From assembly GCA_017525915.1 (NCBI GenBank), contig JAFXSC010000014.1, positions 12,075-76,074 of the forward strand: a stretch of DNA of 64,000 bases. Reading direction: 5' to 3'. Source of the DNA: Ruminococcus sp. Its GTDB lineage: Bacteria; Bacillota; Clostridia; Oscillospirales; Ruminococcaceae. The notes beneath the pieces are model-generated. The model saw only the letters and a program-made list of their open reading frames with translations, was not told where the DNA came from and ran no database searches. The position numbers were made by a program, and so were the translations under genes. Of this stretch, positions 17,550 to 27,182 are shown piece after piece; position 1 is the first letter of the stretch, and each line of letters begins with the position of its first letter.

Positions 17550-18569
17550 ATGATAAAAGAAGCAATCGCAAAGATAGTTGACAAGCAGGATCTGACATAC
17601 GATGAGGCATACACAGTTATAACTGAGATCATGACGGGACAGACCACTCCCACTCAGAACGCAGCCTTCCTTTCCGCACTCTCCACCAAGAGCACAAAGG
17701 CTGAGACTATCGACGAGATCACAGGCTGTGCCGCTGCAATGCGCGACGCTGCCACAAGATTTGAGAACGACCTCGACCTGTTCGAGATCGTAGGCACAGG
17801 CGGAGACCACTCCAACAGTTTCAATATCTCCACAACCTCCGCAATGGTCATTGCAGCTTCCGGAATACTCGTTGCAAAGCACGGCAACCGTGCCGCTTCG
17901 TCCGCATCGGGTACTGCTGACTGCCTCGAAGCACTCGGCGTGAACATCTCCCTTGAGCCTGAAAAGTGCCGCGAGCTTCTGGAAAAGGCTGGCTTCTGCT
18001 TCTTCTTCGCGCAGAAGTACCACACATCTATGAAGTACGTCGGACCTATCCGCAAGGAGCTCGGCTTCCGCACAGTGTTCAATATCCTCGGACCGCTCAC
18101 AAATCCGGCATACCCGAAGTATCACCTCCTCGGTGTTTACGACAGAATTCTCCTTGAACCAGTTGCCGAGGTACTCATGAAGCTCGGCTCAAAGCGCGGA
18201 ATGGTCGTATACGGCACCGACAAGCTCGACGAGATATCGCTCTCCGCTCCGACCGCTGTATGCGAGTACAAGGACGGCTGGATGAAGAACTACGAGATCA
18301 CTCCAGAGCAGTTCGGCTTCGAGCGCTGCACAAAGGACGACCTCAAGGGCGGTACACCTGTTGAGAACGCCGCTATAACACGCGGTATCCTCTCCGGTGA
18401 GATAAAGGGTCACAAGCGCAATGCCGTACTCCTCAACGCCGGCGCTTCAATATTCATCGGCGGCAAGGCTCAGTCAATGGAGGAAGGTATAAAGACCGCT
18501 GCTCAGCTCATCGACTCCGGAAAGGCTCTCGAAGTCCTCGAAAAGGTCATTGCCGTTTCAAACTCGTGA
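17550..18569 (+). CDS. trpD: anthranilate phosphoribosyltransferase
   Basis: [22 protein letters not shown] and [13 protein letters not shown] motifs. Confidence 0.95.
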   Translation: MIKEAIAKIVDKQDLTYDEAYTVITEIMTGQTTPTQNAAFLSALSTKSTKAETIDEITGCAAAMRDAATRFENDLDLFEIVGTGGDHSNSFNISTTSAMVIAASGILVAKHGNRAASSASGTADCLEALGVNISLEPEKCRELLEKAGFCFFFAQKYHTSMKYVGPIRKELGFRTVFNILGPLTNPAYPKYHLLGVYDRILLEPVAEVLMKLGSKRGMVVYGTDKLDEISLSAPTAVCEYKDGWMKNYEITPEQFGFERCTKDDLKGGTPVENAAITRGILSGEIKGHKRNAVLLNAGASIFIGGKAQSMEEGIKTAAQLIDSGKALEVLEKVIAVSNS

Positions 18570-18576
18570 GGGAAAT

Positions 18577-19359
18577 ATGACTATACTCGATAAGCTTGCC
18601 GCTCACGCAATGGAGCGTGTTGCCGCGGCAAAGGAAAAGGTCTCCGCAGAGGAGATAAAGCAGCTCGCTCTCGCACTCCCGAAGGGCAGATTCAGGTTTG
18701 AGAAGGCTCTGAAAAAGGACGATATCGCCTTCATCTGCGAATGCAAGAAGGCTTCGCCCTCGAAGGGCATCATCGCAGAGGATTTCCCCTATCTGGACAT
18801 CGCAAAGCAGTATGAGGCTGCCGGTGCGGACTGCATATCCGTCCTTACCGAGCCCAAGTGGTTCCTCGGCAGCGATGAATACCTCCGGGAAATAGCCGGC
18901 ACAGTCCATATACCCTGCATACGCAAGGATTTCACGGTTGACGAATATATGATATATGAGGCAAAGCTCCTCGGCGCAGAGGCAGTCCTCCTCATCTGCT
19001 CGATACTCACTCCGCAGCAGATAAAGGACTACATCGGCGTCTGTGACACCCTCGGCATCTCGGCTCTCGTCGAAGCCCACAATGAATCGGAAATCGCTGA
19101 TGCTGTAAGCGCCGGAGCGCGTATCATCGGCGTCAACAACCGCGACCTCAGGGATTTCTCTGTCGATACCGGCAACAGCCGCCGTATGCGGAGCCTTGTA
19201 CCGGAGAATATAATTTTCGTATCGGAAAGCGGCGTCAGCTCAGCCTCCGATATCGAGCAGCTCAGACAGGCAGGAGTCAACGCAGTCCTCATCGGTGAGG
19301 CACTCATGAAGGCTCCAGATAAAAAAGACAAATTATCGGAATTGAGAGGTAAGCCATGA
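18577..19359 (+). CDS. trpC: indole-3-glycerol phosphate synthase
   Basis: ECKKASPSKG, SVLTEPKWF, RKDF, GVNNRDL and SESG motifs. Confidence 0.95.
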   Translation: MTILDKLAAHAMERVAAAKEKVSAEEIKQLALALPKGRFRFEKALKKDDIAFICECKKASPSKGIIAEDFPYLDIAKQYEAAGADCISVLTEPKWFLGSDEYLREIAGTVHIPCIRKDFTVDEYMIYEAKLLGAEAVLLICSILTPQQIKDYIGVCDTLGISALVEAHNESEIADAVSAGARIIGVNNRDLRDFSVDTGNSRRMRSLVPENIIFVSESGVSSASDIEQLRQAGVNAVLIGEALMKAPDKKDKLSELRGKP

Positions 19360-19955
19360 CACGAATCAAAATGTGCGGCTTGAAAAGCGAAGCTGACATA
19401 GACTATGTGAACAGGATACGTCCCGAATTCATCGGCTTCGTATTCGTTCCCGGCAGCAAGCGATTCATCACACACCGTGCAGCCGCCGCTCTGCACAGTC
19501 ATCTGAACGAAGGAATACTCTCAGTAGGAGTTTTCGCCAACGTCCCCCCCGATTATGCCGCCGACCTCGTTTCCTACGGCATAATCGACTTCATACAGCT
19601 CCACGGCAATGAGAACAACGGCTACATCGCCGACCTCCGCGGACTTACCCATGCGCCGATAATACAGGCGTTTCAGGTAAGGAGCGAGGAGGATATCCTC
19701 GCCGCAGAGCATTCTGACGCGGACATAGTCCTGCTCGATTCCGGTGCGGGCTCTGGCGAGCTTTTCGACCACAGCCTCATAAGCGGCATAAAGCGCCCGT
19801 ATATCCTCGCAGGCGGACTAAGTCCCGAAAATGTCGGCGAAATAGTCCGAACGATGTCCCCCTTCGCAGTTGACGTAAGCTCTGCGATAGAGACGGACGG
19901 CGCAAAGGATTACCGCAAAATGAAGGCATTTTCTGACGCTGTCAGAGATATTTGA
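19356..19955 (+). CDS. trpF: phosphoribosylanthranilate isomerase
   Basis: [20 protein letters not shown] and VDVSS motifs. Confidence 0.93.
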   Translation: MTRIKMCGLKSEADIDYVNRIRPEFIGFVFVPGSKRFITHRAAAALHSHLNEGILSVGVFANVPPDYAADLVSYGIIDFIQLHGNENNGYIADLRGLTHAPIIQAFQVRSEEDILAAEHSDADIVLLDSGAGSGELFDHSLISGIKRPYILAGGLSPENVGEIVRTMSPFAVDVSSAIETDGAKDYRKMKAFSDAVRDI

Positions 19956-19969
19956 AAGGAATGGTAATA

Positions 19970-21160
19970 ATGTCACAATCAAAAGGCCGCTTCGGTATTC
20001 ACGGCGGACAGTATATCCCAGAAACACTGATGAACGCCGTAATAGAGCTTGAAAACGCCTATGAACACTATAAGAATGACCCGGACTTCAACCGCGAGCT
20101 CACAGACCTCCTCAACAACTATGCTGGACGCCCCTCGCTCCTCTACCGGGCTGACAAGATGACCGCTGACCTCGGCGGCGCAAAGATATACCTCAAGCGC
20201 GAGGACCTCAACCACACAGGCTCGCATAAGATAAACAACGTTCTCGGTCAGGCTCTCCTTGCCAAGAAAATGGGCAAGACACGCCTTATCGCCGAGACCG
20301 GCGCAGGTCAGCACGGCGTTGCAACAGCTACTGCTGCCGCTCTCCTCGGTATGGAATGTGTCGTATTCATGGGCGAAGAGGACACCAAGCGTCAGGCGCT
20401 CAACGTTTACCGCATGAAGCTCCTCGGAGCTGATGTTGTACCGGTAAAGTCCGGCACCGCTACCCTGAAGGACGCTGTTTCCGAGACCATGCGCGAGTGG
20501 ACCTCCCGTATCGACGATACTCACTACTGCCTTGGCTCTGTAATGGGTCCCCACCCCTTCCCCACTATCGTCCGCGATTTTCAGGCTGTTATCTCCCGTG
20601 AATCGAGAGCACAGATACTTGAAGCGGAGGGAAGACTTCCCGATGCAGTAATTGCCTGCGTAGGCGGCGGCTCAAACGCTATCGGAAGCTTCTACCACTA
20701 TATCCCCGACGAGGGCGTGCGCCTCATAGGCTGTGAGGCTGCCGGACGCGGAATTGATACCTTCGAGACTGCGGCTACCGTCAATACAGGAAGAATAGGC
20801 ATTTTCCACGGCATGAAGTCCTATTTCTGTCAGGACGAGTACGGTCAGATAGCTCCGGTCTACTCCATCTCCGCAGGTCTTGACTACCCCGGTGTTGGTC
20901 CTGAGCACGCAAATCTCCACGATACCGGCAGGGCTGAGTACGTTCCGGTCACCGATGACGAGGCTGTAAATGCCTTCGAGTACCTTTCACGCACGGAGGG
21001 CATTATCCCCGCTATCGAGTCGGCTCACGCTGTTGCCTATGCAATGAAGCTCGCCCCGACTATGGACAAGGATAAAATAATCATCATCACGATTTCCGGC
21101 AGAGGCGACAAGGACTGCGCCGCTATCGCAAGATACAGAGGGGAGAATATTTATGAGTGA
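19970..21160 (+). CDS. trpB: tryptophan synthase beta chain
   Basis: [37 protein letters not shown] and [10 protein letters not shown] motifs. Confidence 0.97.
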   Translation: MSQSKGRFGIHGGQYIPETLMNAVIELENAYEHYKNDPDFNRELTDLLNNYAGRPSLLYRADKMTADLGGAKIYLKREDLNHTGSHKINNVLGQALLAKKMGKTRLIAETGAGQHGVATATAAALLGMECVVFMGEEDTKRQALNVYRMKLLGADVVPVKSGTATLKDAVSETMREWTSRIDDTHYCLGSVMGPHPFPTIVRDFQAVISRESRAQILEAEGRLPDAVIACVGGGSNAIGSFYHYIPDEGVRLIGCEAAGRGIDTFETAATVNTGRIGIFHGMKSYFCQDEYGQIAPVYSISAGLDYPGVGPEHANLHDTGRAEYVPVTDDEAVNAFEYLSRTEGIIPAIESAHAVAYAMKLAPTMDKDKIIIITISGRGDKDCAAIARYRGENIYE

Positions 21161-21929
21161 TTTAAGAAGAGCCTTTGCGGACGGCAAGGCATTCATACCC
21201 TTTATTACCTGCGGCTTTCCCGACCTCGAAACAACAGGTAAGGTTGTCCGCGCTGCCGCTGAGAACGGTGCTGACCTCATCGAGCTCGGTATCCCCTTCT
21301 CCGACCCCACAGCAGAGGGTCCGGTAATTCAGGGAGCAAATATCCGCGCACTTGCAGGCGGTATCACCACCGACAAGGTCTTTGAATTCGTAATGGAGCT
21401 CCGCAGAGATGTTAAGATACCGCTCGTTTTCATGACCTATGCGAACGTAGTGTTCTCCTACGGCGCTGAGCGCTTCATGGCAAGATGCTGCGAGACAGGC
21501 GTCGGCGGTATTGTGATCCCCGACCTCCCGTATGAGGAAAAGGACGAATTTTCGGCAGTTGCAAAGCAGTACGGCGTTGATATCATCTCCCTCATCGCTC
21601 CGACATCAGCAAACCGCATCGCAATGATATCCAAGGAAGCAGAGGGCTTCATATATATCGTATCGAGCCTCGGCGTTACCGGCACAAGAACTGAGATCAA
21701 GACCGACATCGGCGATATCGTCCGCACTATCCGCGAGAACACCAGCGTTCCGTGCGCTGTCGGCTTCGGCATTTCAACTCCGGAACAGGCTGCAAAAATG
21801 GCTTCGCTCTCGGACGGTGCGATAATCGGTTCGGCGATAATAAAGATAATCGACAAATACGGCAGGGACGCTGCTCCTTACGTCGCAGAATATGTAAAGT
21901 CGATCAAGGAAGCAGTGAGAAACTGTTAA
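21153..21929 (+). CDS. trpA: tryptophan synthase alpha chain
   Basis: [25 protein letters not shown] and VGFGIS motifs. Confidence 0.96.
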   Translation: MSDLRRAFADGKAFIPFITCGFPDLETTGKVVRAAAENGADLIELGIPFSDPTAEGPVIQGANIRALAGGITTDKVFEFVMELRRDVKIPLVFMTYANVVFSYGAERFMARCCETGVGGIVIPDLPYEEKDEFSAVAKQYGVDIISLIAPTSANRIAMISKEAEGFIYIVSSLGVTGTRTEIKTDIGDIVRTIRENTSVPCAVGFGISTPEQAAKMASLSDGAIIGSAIIKIIDKYGRDAAPYVAEYVKSIKEAVRNC

Positions 21930-22063
21930 TCGTATTTACATATTTACAGAAAATTTGCAATATATTAGCATTTACTTAAAATTTAAGATGCGTTAACCGG
22001 TCACTAAAATTCGCTATCAATATTGTAGAAATTTAACAAACTTTCATTTTATTGCAAAAACTA

Positions 22064-22092
22064 TTGAAAATTTTCTCGCTTCGTGCTATAAT
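22064..22092 (+). promoter_or_regulatory. sigma-A promoter of scfAB
   Basis: TTGAAA, 17 nt, TGc-TATAAT. Confidence 0.75.
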
Positions 22093-22151
22093 ATTCTCAT
22101 CAGATAAGCAGTGTACACTCACTGTATACGTCTCCAAGGAGGGTAAAAAAC

Positions 22152-22289
22152 ATGAAGCACATACAGACTATCAACAAGGCTAATCTTAAGGAATCCGCTC
22201 AGAAGGGCGGCTGCGGCAAGTGCCAGGCTTCCTGTCAGTCTGCCTGCAAGACATCCTGCACTGTTGCAAATCAGAAGTGCGAGAGATAA
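22152..22289 (+). CDS. scfA: SCIFF (six-cysteine) ranthipeptide precursor, 45 aa
   Basis: MKHIQTINKANLKESAQKGGCGKCQASCQSACKTSCTVANQKCER; AAGGAGG RBS; absent from the ORF track. Confidence 0.97.
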   Translation: MKHIQTINKANLKESAQKGGCGKCQASCQSACKTSCTVANQKCER

Positions 22290-22319
22290 GCCAGTATTAA
22301 GGCAAATGCGTATGGTCTG

Positions 22320-22356
22320 TTGAGGCGGTTGTCATACTCCCGCCTCAAATTTTTTT
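22320..22356 (+). terminator. internal terminator/stabiliser between scfA and scfB
   Basis: ttgaggcgg/ccgcctcaa stem plus T7. Confidence 0.75.
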
Positions 22357-22370
22357 AAACAGAAAGAAGG

Positions 22371-23750
22371 GTGCTGGAAATGATCCATAAATATAAGCTC
22401 AACGGTTTCAATATAGTCCTCGACGTCAACAGCGGCGGCGTTCATATCGTGGACGAGCTTACATATGATCTCCTCGACAACGTTGAACCTCCGTTTGAAG
22501 AAAAATGTCCGGAAAAGGTCGTCGAAAAGCTCTCAAAGGTCTATTCTCCTGAGGATATCGAATCCTGCTATCAGGAAATAGTTGAGCTTTACAGCGAGAA
22601 GATCCTCTTTTCTGAAGATGACTATGAGAAGTATGCCAATTACTCAGTTGCCTCGCCTATCAAGGCTATGTGCCTGAATATAGCTCACGACTGCCAGCTC
22701 AGATGCAAATACTGCTTCGCCTCTACCGGAGATTTCGGCAAGGGCAGAAAGCTCATGTCATTCGAGACCGGCAAGCACGCTATCGATTTCCTGCTTAAAA
22801 ACTCAGGCGACCGTGAGAACCTCGAGCTCGATTTCTTCGGCGGTGAGCCTCTCATGAACTTCGGCGTCGTAAAACAGGTCGTTGAGTATGCGCGTTCACG
22901 CGAGAAGGAGTTCGGAAAGCACTTCCGCTTCACTATCACCACGAACGGTCTCCTCCTCGACGATGAGAAGATAGACTTCATAAACCGCGAGATGTCCAAC
23001 GTCGTGCTCTCTATCGACGGCAGAAAGGAAGTCAACGATTATTTCCGTGTTCTTCCCAGCGGAAAGGGCTGCTATGACATGATACTCCCCAAATACAAGC
23101 AGCTCGTAGCAGGCAGAGGCGATAAGGAATACTACGTCCGCGGTACCTTCACAAACAAGAACCTTGACTTCTCCAACGACGTTTTTGCGCTGTATGAAGC
23201 CGGTTTTGACCAGATCTCAATCGAGCCTGTTGTCGGTGACGGCGATGAGTACGCCCTTACCGAGAAGGACCTTCCAGCAGTATTCAAGGAGTACGAGATA
23301 CTTGCAAAGAGAATCATAGACAACGAGAAAACAGGTAAAAAGTTCAACTTCTTCCACTTCATGCTTGACCTCGATCAGGGTCCGTGCGCTATCAAGCGCC
23401 TCCGCGGCTGCGGCTGCGGCAACGACTATGTCGCTATCACACCCGACGGAGATATCTTCCCTTGCCACCAGTTTGTAGGCATCGACGAGTACAAAATGGG
23501 CAATATCGACAACGGCACCTTCAACTATGAGATGAAGGCTGACTTTGCAAAGGCTCATGTATACTCAAAGCCGGACTGCCGCAAGTGCTGGGCTAAGTTC
23601 TATTGCAGCGGCGGCTGCAACGCCAATAACTACCAGTATGCAGGCGATATCCGCTCCGCCCACAAGCTCTCATGTCAGCTCGAAAAGAAGCGACTCGAAT
23701 GCGCTATCATGATGAAAGCCGTCCGTATCTTCGGCGAACAGGAACAGTAA
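22371..23750 (+). CDS. scfB: SCIFF radical SAM/SPASM thioether-forming maturase
   Basis: CLNIAHDCQLRCKYC (CxxxCxxC), DFFGGEPL, and SPASM CGCG..PCHQF..C..CWAKFYCSGGC..N motifs. The start may be ATG 22380. Confidence 0.96.
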   Translation: MLEMIHKYKLNGFNIVLDVNSGGVHIVDELTYDLLDNVEPPFEEKCPEKVVEKLSKVYSPEDIESCYQEIVELYSEKILFSEDDYEKYANYSVASPIKAMCLNIAHDCQLRCKYCFASTGDFGKGRKLMSFETGKHAIDFLLKNSGDRENLELDFFGGEPLMNFGVVKQVVEYARSREKEFGKHFRFTITTNGLLLDDEKIDFINREMSNVVLSIDGRKEVNDYFRVLPSGKGCYDMILPKYKQLVAGRGDKEYYVRGTFTNKNLDFSNDVFALYEAGFDQISIEPVVGDGDEYALTEKDLPAVFKEYEILAKRIIDNEKTGKKFNFFHFMLDLDQGPCAIKRLRGCGCGNDYVAITPDGDIFPCHQFVGIDEYKMGNIDNGTFNYEMKADFAKAHVYSKPDCRKCWAKFYCSGGCNANNYQYAGDIRSAHKLSCQLEKKRLECAIMMKAVRIFGEQEQ

Positions 23751-23753
23751 ATA

Positions 23754-23950
23754 TAACAGGGACGCACAGTGTGCGTCCCTTTAGTTTATCCAAAATAGTT
23801 ATATTAATAGAATTACAGGCTGGCGAAGGAACCTGCCCCTGCATTTTTGCTAACCAACGTAAATGTGTTTGTAGTGGGCACCGCCCTCGGCGTCCCGAAA
23901 TGAGTCTTTTGACAGTCTAAAGGGACGCAGTTCATTCTGCGTCCCTGTTA
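23754..23950. repeat. twin near-identical terminator hairpins flanking a REP-like unit
   Basis: agggacgcac-agt-gtgcgtccct (23758-80) and agggacgcag-ttcatt-ctgcgtccct (23921-46), with the central gtagtgggcaccgccctcggcgtcccg (about 23871-97). Confidence 0.7.
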
Positions 23951-23952
23951 TT

Positions 23953-26664
23953 TTACTGTTTCTTTTTGAGCTGGATGAGTTTATAGACGAAGAATTCGAG
24001 GGAGATAAGGCCGATAATTATTGCGCCGGCGACGAGTGCGACTACGCCGAGGTTTGATTTTCTGCCGCTGCCAGAGGATTCCTCAGTAGTGGTGATATCC
24101 TCGCTGTCAGTTGTATCAGCAGCCTTAGTGGACTTCTCAGTTGTAGTCTCCTTGGATTTTTCGGTCTCAGCCTCAGTGGTCTTGTTTTCCTTCTTCTCGG
24201 ACTGGTTGACTGCTCCGACCTTGATGCCGCCGTTTTCCTGAGCGACAAAGCCTGTAAGCCATGCAAGAGAAGCGTTCCAGTTGATAGTACACTCATTTAC
24301 GGACCACGCCTCGATATGGTCGAGGTAGCACTTCTGCGGAGGTATCTGGCCCTTCTTCCAGCCTATGCCCTGCACCCACGGATCCTGCATACCGGAGTTC
24401 GGACCGCCGCACATTACGCCGTTCGGAGCCTTGGGGAAGGTATCGTCGATGAGCCATGCCCAGTAGCGGTGATGAGGGTACTCTATCGCGTGAGTACCGT
24501 AGCCTGTAACGTAGGAATAGTCCATAGCGTTCCTGCCGAGGAGGTAGTCCATACCGCCGATCGCGCCGTTGATATGCTTGGCGTCATCGGTGAGGAGGAA
24601 GGCGTAGGCGCATACTATCGCATTGTCGGCAACGAAGGAGTTCGAGCCCCAGAGGTAGCCCTTATCGCTGTCGTTATAGCTTATTGTGCTCTGTCCGTAG
24701 GGAAGACCGTAGCCCTGCTTGTCCTCCATTTCGATATAGTGTTCGGAAGCCTTGACGATATTAGCCTTTACATCGTCAAAATCGCTGCCTGCCGACTTGG
24801 GGTTCATAGCGAGGCTGAATGTACCGAGAGCGGCAGTATTTCCCCAGTCGAAGCTTCCGACGGAGTCAACGCTCTCACCGCCGCCGAGGGAGGTGGGCAG
24901 TTTCAGGAAGAAGTCGGACTTCTTCATATCCTCATAGTAGGTATCATCGCCTGTTGTAATGAACAGCTCGCAGGCTGCCCAGTAGAACTCATCGGTAACA
25001 TCGTCATCACCGTAAGCACCGCCGCCTATCGACTCATCAAGAGGAGCGTACATGGTCGGATGCTTCTTTGCAGCTTCATACGCTTCCTTTGCAGCCTTCA
25101 GGCATTTGTCCGCGAAGGTCTTGTCGTACTTTTCCCAGAGACGTGCAGCCTGAGCACCGCAGGCAGCAAGGTTGAGTGTAGCGGCAGTCGTCGGGGGCTT
25201 GACGATACGCTTCATCTTGTCGTCAGCCGGAGCGATACCGAGGGCTGTCCACTTTTCATCGTGAGCCTTGTGGTAAGCCATGCCCTTATATTCGCCGCTG
25301 GCGACTATCATAGAGAACATCCAGTCCATTTCCCAGCGGGCCTCGTCAAGGAGGTCGGGGTAGTTATTGTTGTTCTCAGGGATATTCATTGTGCCGTCCG
25401 CGTAAACATCGGCAAATCCGCATTTATCGGCAGTCTCGTACTGGTTCTGCATGAGCCAGAGGGAGAAGCCGCCGTTTACGACATACTTTCCGTGGTCACC
25501 GGCATCGTACCAGCCGCCGGTAACATCAATAGTACCGCTCGAACCGGTATAGCCCCATGTCTGCTGTATCTCAGCGGTATCCTTGGGGTGTCCGGCAGCA
25601 CGCGCAAGAGCGCTCTTGTCGCCGGAGGTAATGTATTTGCTGTCTATCTCTATGCCGCTGCGGTTCTGGTAGAAATAGTTGAGGGAATCGTAGAGGAGAG
25701 CGGAATAGCTCTCGGGCTCGCCGATGGTGAATTCGTGGCTCTTTTCGCCGTTTTCTGTCTCTATGGTATATTTGCCTGCATCATCGAAATCCGAGAAGTC
25801 GATAACATGAACATCGTCGTCTGAATCGTCATCATGTCCGAAGGGCTCACTCTTGCCGGAATATACGGTCTTTCCGGAGCTGTCCTTTATCTCGTAGTCA
25901 ACGCTGCCGGATGCACTGCTGAGCAATGTCGCCTTCTTTGCTCTGCCCTTGAAATATCCCACCTGATTGGTGACGACCTTCGCGCGTTTATATTCGTCAT
26001 CGTGGATATAGTCATTCTCGTCGCTCGTGAGGTCGATGAGCGACATATTGTCAAAGGTTATGACTGTTCCGGCAGGGAAACATCCGCCGGGAGTATACTG
26101 TCCGTCTCCGCCGAGGTGGAAAGCCCACTCCGCAACATCAAGCGACTGGCTCGGTGTGAAGGTAAGCTCAACGACCTTCTTCTCGTTTGCGCTGACCTGG
26201 ATGGGGTCCCAGCAGCTATTGAAATCGCCGTCGTTTGTTGACATATTGTGCCAAAGCTCAACATTTCCCTCGAGGTTGCCTATCTTTGTGTAGTATTTAC
26301 CGCTGTTTGAAGCAGTAAGCTCGTAGTGTACCTTGTACTGATGACCGGCAACTATCTTGAGCCCTCTGTGGCGGAACTGGCAGTCCCACCTGTCCTCACC
26401 GCCATTGGACTTTCCACCCGGATTGACGATAGTGACAGAGTATACACCGTCAGCGATCTTGAACTCCATTTCAGCCGGTGCAGACTCAACGATATGCCAC
26501 GGGAGACCTACCCCGTTATCGAAATTTGTCTGACCGAGCTGCTCACCGGCGTTTGCGCTGAGGGGCGCGAGCCGTATGGCAGAGGGAGCGAATGAAGCTG
26601 CCGCAATCATGACAGATGCCAGTGCAATAGCTGCTCTGTTCCTGAAGCTGCTTTTTCTTCTCAT
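23953..26664 (-). CDS. CBM4 - Ig-like - GH9 cellulase with a C-terminal transmembrane anchor
   Basis: Signal peptide; CBM4 FDNGVGLPWH..FDNMSL; Ig-like TNQVGYF; GH9 GGWYDAGDHGKY, YPHHR and NECTINWNA motifs; E/K/T/S linker, then TM and LKKKQ; no dockerin. Confidence 0.92.
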   Translation of the reverse strand: MRRKSSFRNRAAIALASVMIAAASFAPSAIRLAPLSANAGEQLGQTNFDNGVGLPWHIVESAPAEMEFKIADGVYSVTIVNPGGKSNGGEDRWDCQFRHRGLKIVAGHQYKVHYELTASNSGKYYTKIGNLEGNVELWHNMSTNDGDFNSCWDPIQVSANEKKVVELTFTPSQSLDVAEWAFHLGGDGQYTPGGCFPAGTVITFDNMSLIDLTSDENDYIHDDEYKRAKVVTNQVGYFKGRAKKATLLSSASGSVDYEIKDSSGKTVYSGKSEPFGHDDDSDDDVHVIDFSDFDDAGKYTIETENGEKSHEFTIGEPESYSALLYDSLNYFYQNRSGIEIDSKYITSGDKSALARAAGHPKDTAEIQQTWGYTGSSGTIDVTGGWYDAGDHGKYVVNGGFSLWLMQNQYETADKCGFADVYADGTMNIPENNNNYPDLLDEARWEMDWMFSMIVASGEYKGMAYHKAHDEKWTALGIAPADDKMKRIVKPPTTAATLNLAACGAQAARLWEKYDKTFADKCLKAAKEAYEAAKKHPTMYAPLDESIGGGAYGDDDVTDEFYWAACELFITTGDDTYYEDMKKSDFFLKLPTSLGGGESVDSVGSFDWGNTAALGTFSLAMNPKSAGSDFDDVKANIVKASEHYIEMEDKQGYGLPYGQSTISYNDSDKGYLWGSNSFVADNAIVCAYAFLLTDDAKHINGAIGGMDYLLGRNAMDYSYVTGYGTHAIEYPHHRYWAWLIDDTFPKAPNGVMCGGPNSGMQDPWVQGIGWKKGQIPPQKCYLDHIEAWSVNECTINWNASLAWLTGFVAQENGGIKVGAVNQSEKKENKTTEAETEKSKETTTEKSTKAADTTDSEDITTTEESSGSGRKSNLGVVALVAGAIIIGLISLEFFVYKLIQLKKKQ

Positions 26665-27121
26665 TATAAATGACCTCCGTATTTGTAATTTTTCCAAATT
26701 ATACTTTAATACATTTTTAAGAGGTTGTAAAGGGGTGACGATGAAAATTTACAATTTGTCAATCCAATACTCCGTTTTGACTATATTATGCTTGATTTTT
26801 GCCGGTTTTTCGGTGATTTTTCATACGGTGCAGTATCATCCGTAAAGTTTTTTCTTTTTTCAGGAAGTATTCTTCCTGTTAGTTCAATAATATGCACAAT
26901 AAAACATCAGGAAAACTGTGAAGTGCGATGCGGCAAAAAACGTTGACAATTCCTTGCTCGTCCTTGTAATAAACGGCAATTCCGGATTTTTCACATCGAT
27001 ACATTATCTGATCGACCGATGAAGCTCGCCCTTGCAGACTGAGCATATCAAAGATACAGCCATGATGTACCGCGGTACACCGGGGCTTTTGCTGTTACTG
27101 TGCGAAAAAACGCCGGATTTA

Positions 27122-27150
27122 TTGAAAACACTGATAAAACGTGATATAAT
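27122..27150 (+). promoter_or_regulatory. sigma-A promoter
   Basis: TTGAAA, 17 nt, TGa-TATAAT. Confidence 0.7.
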
Positions 27151-27182
27151 ATAGAAAAGGCACACTTTCAAGGAGGGGCATT

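Noticed and set aside
26910-26924. GGAAAACTGTGAAGT resembles the 5' end of a c-di-GMP-II riboswitch
   Set aside because: The downstream GGGCAC and UAGUAGUGCAACC pseudoknot elements are missing.
27016-27027. CCGATGAAGCTC resembles part of a SAM-I riboswitch
   Set aside because: No AUCAAGAG/GAGGGA or GGCAACC context, and the downstream gene is unrelated.
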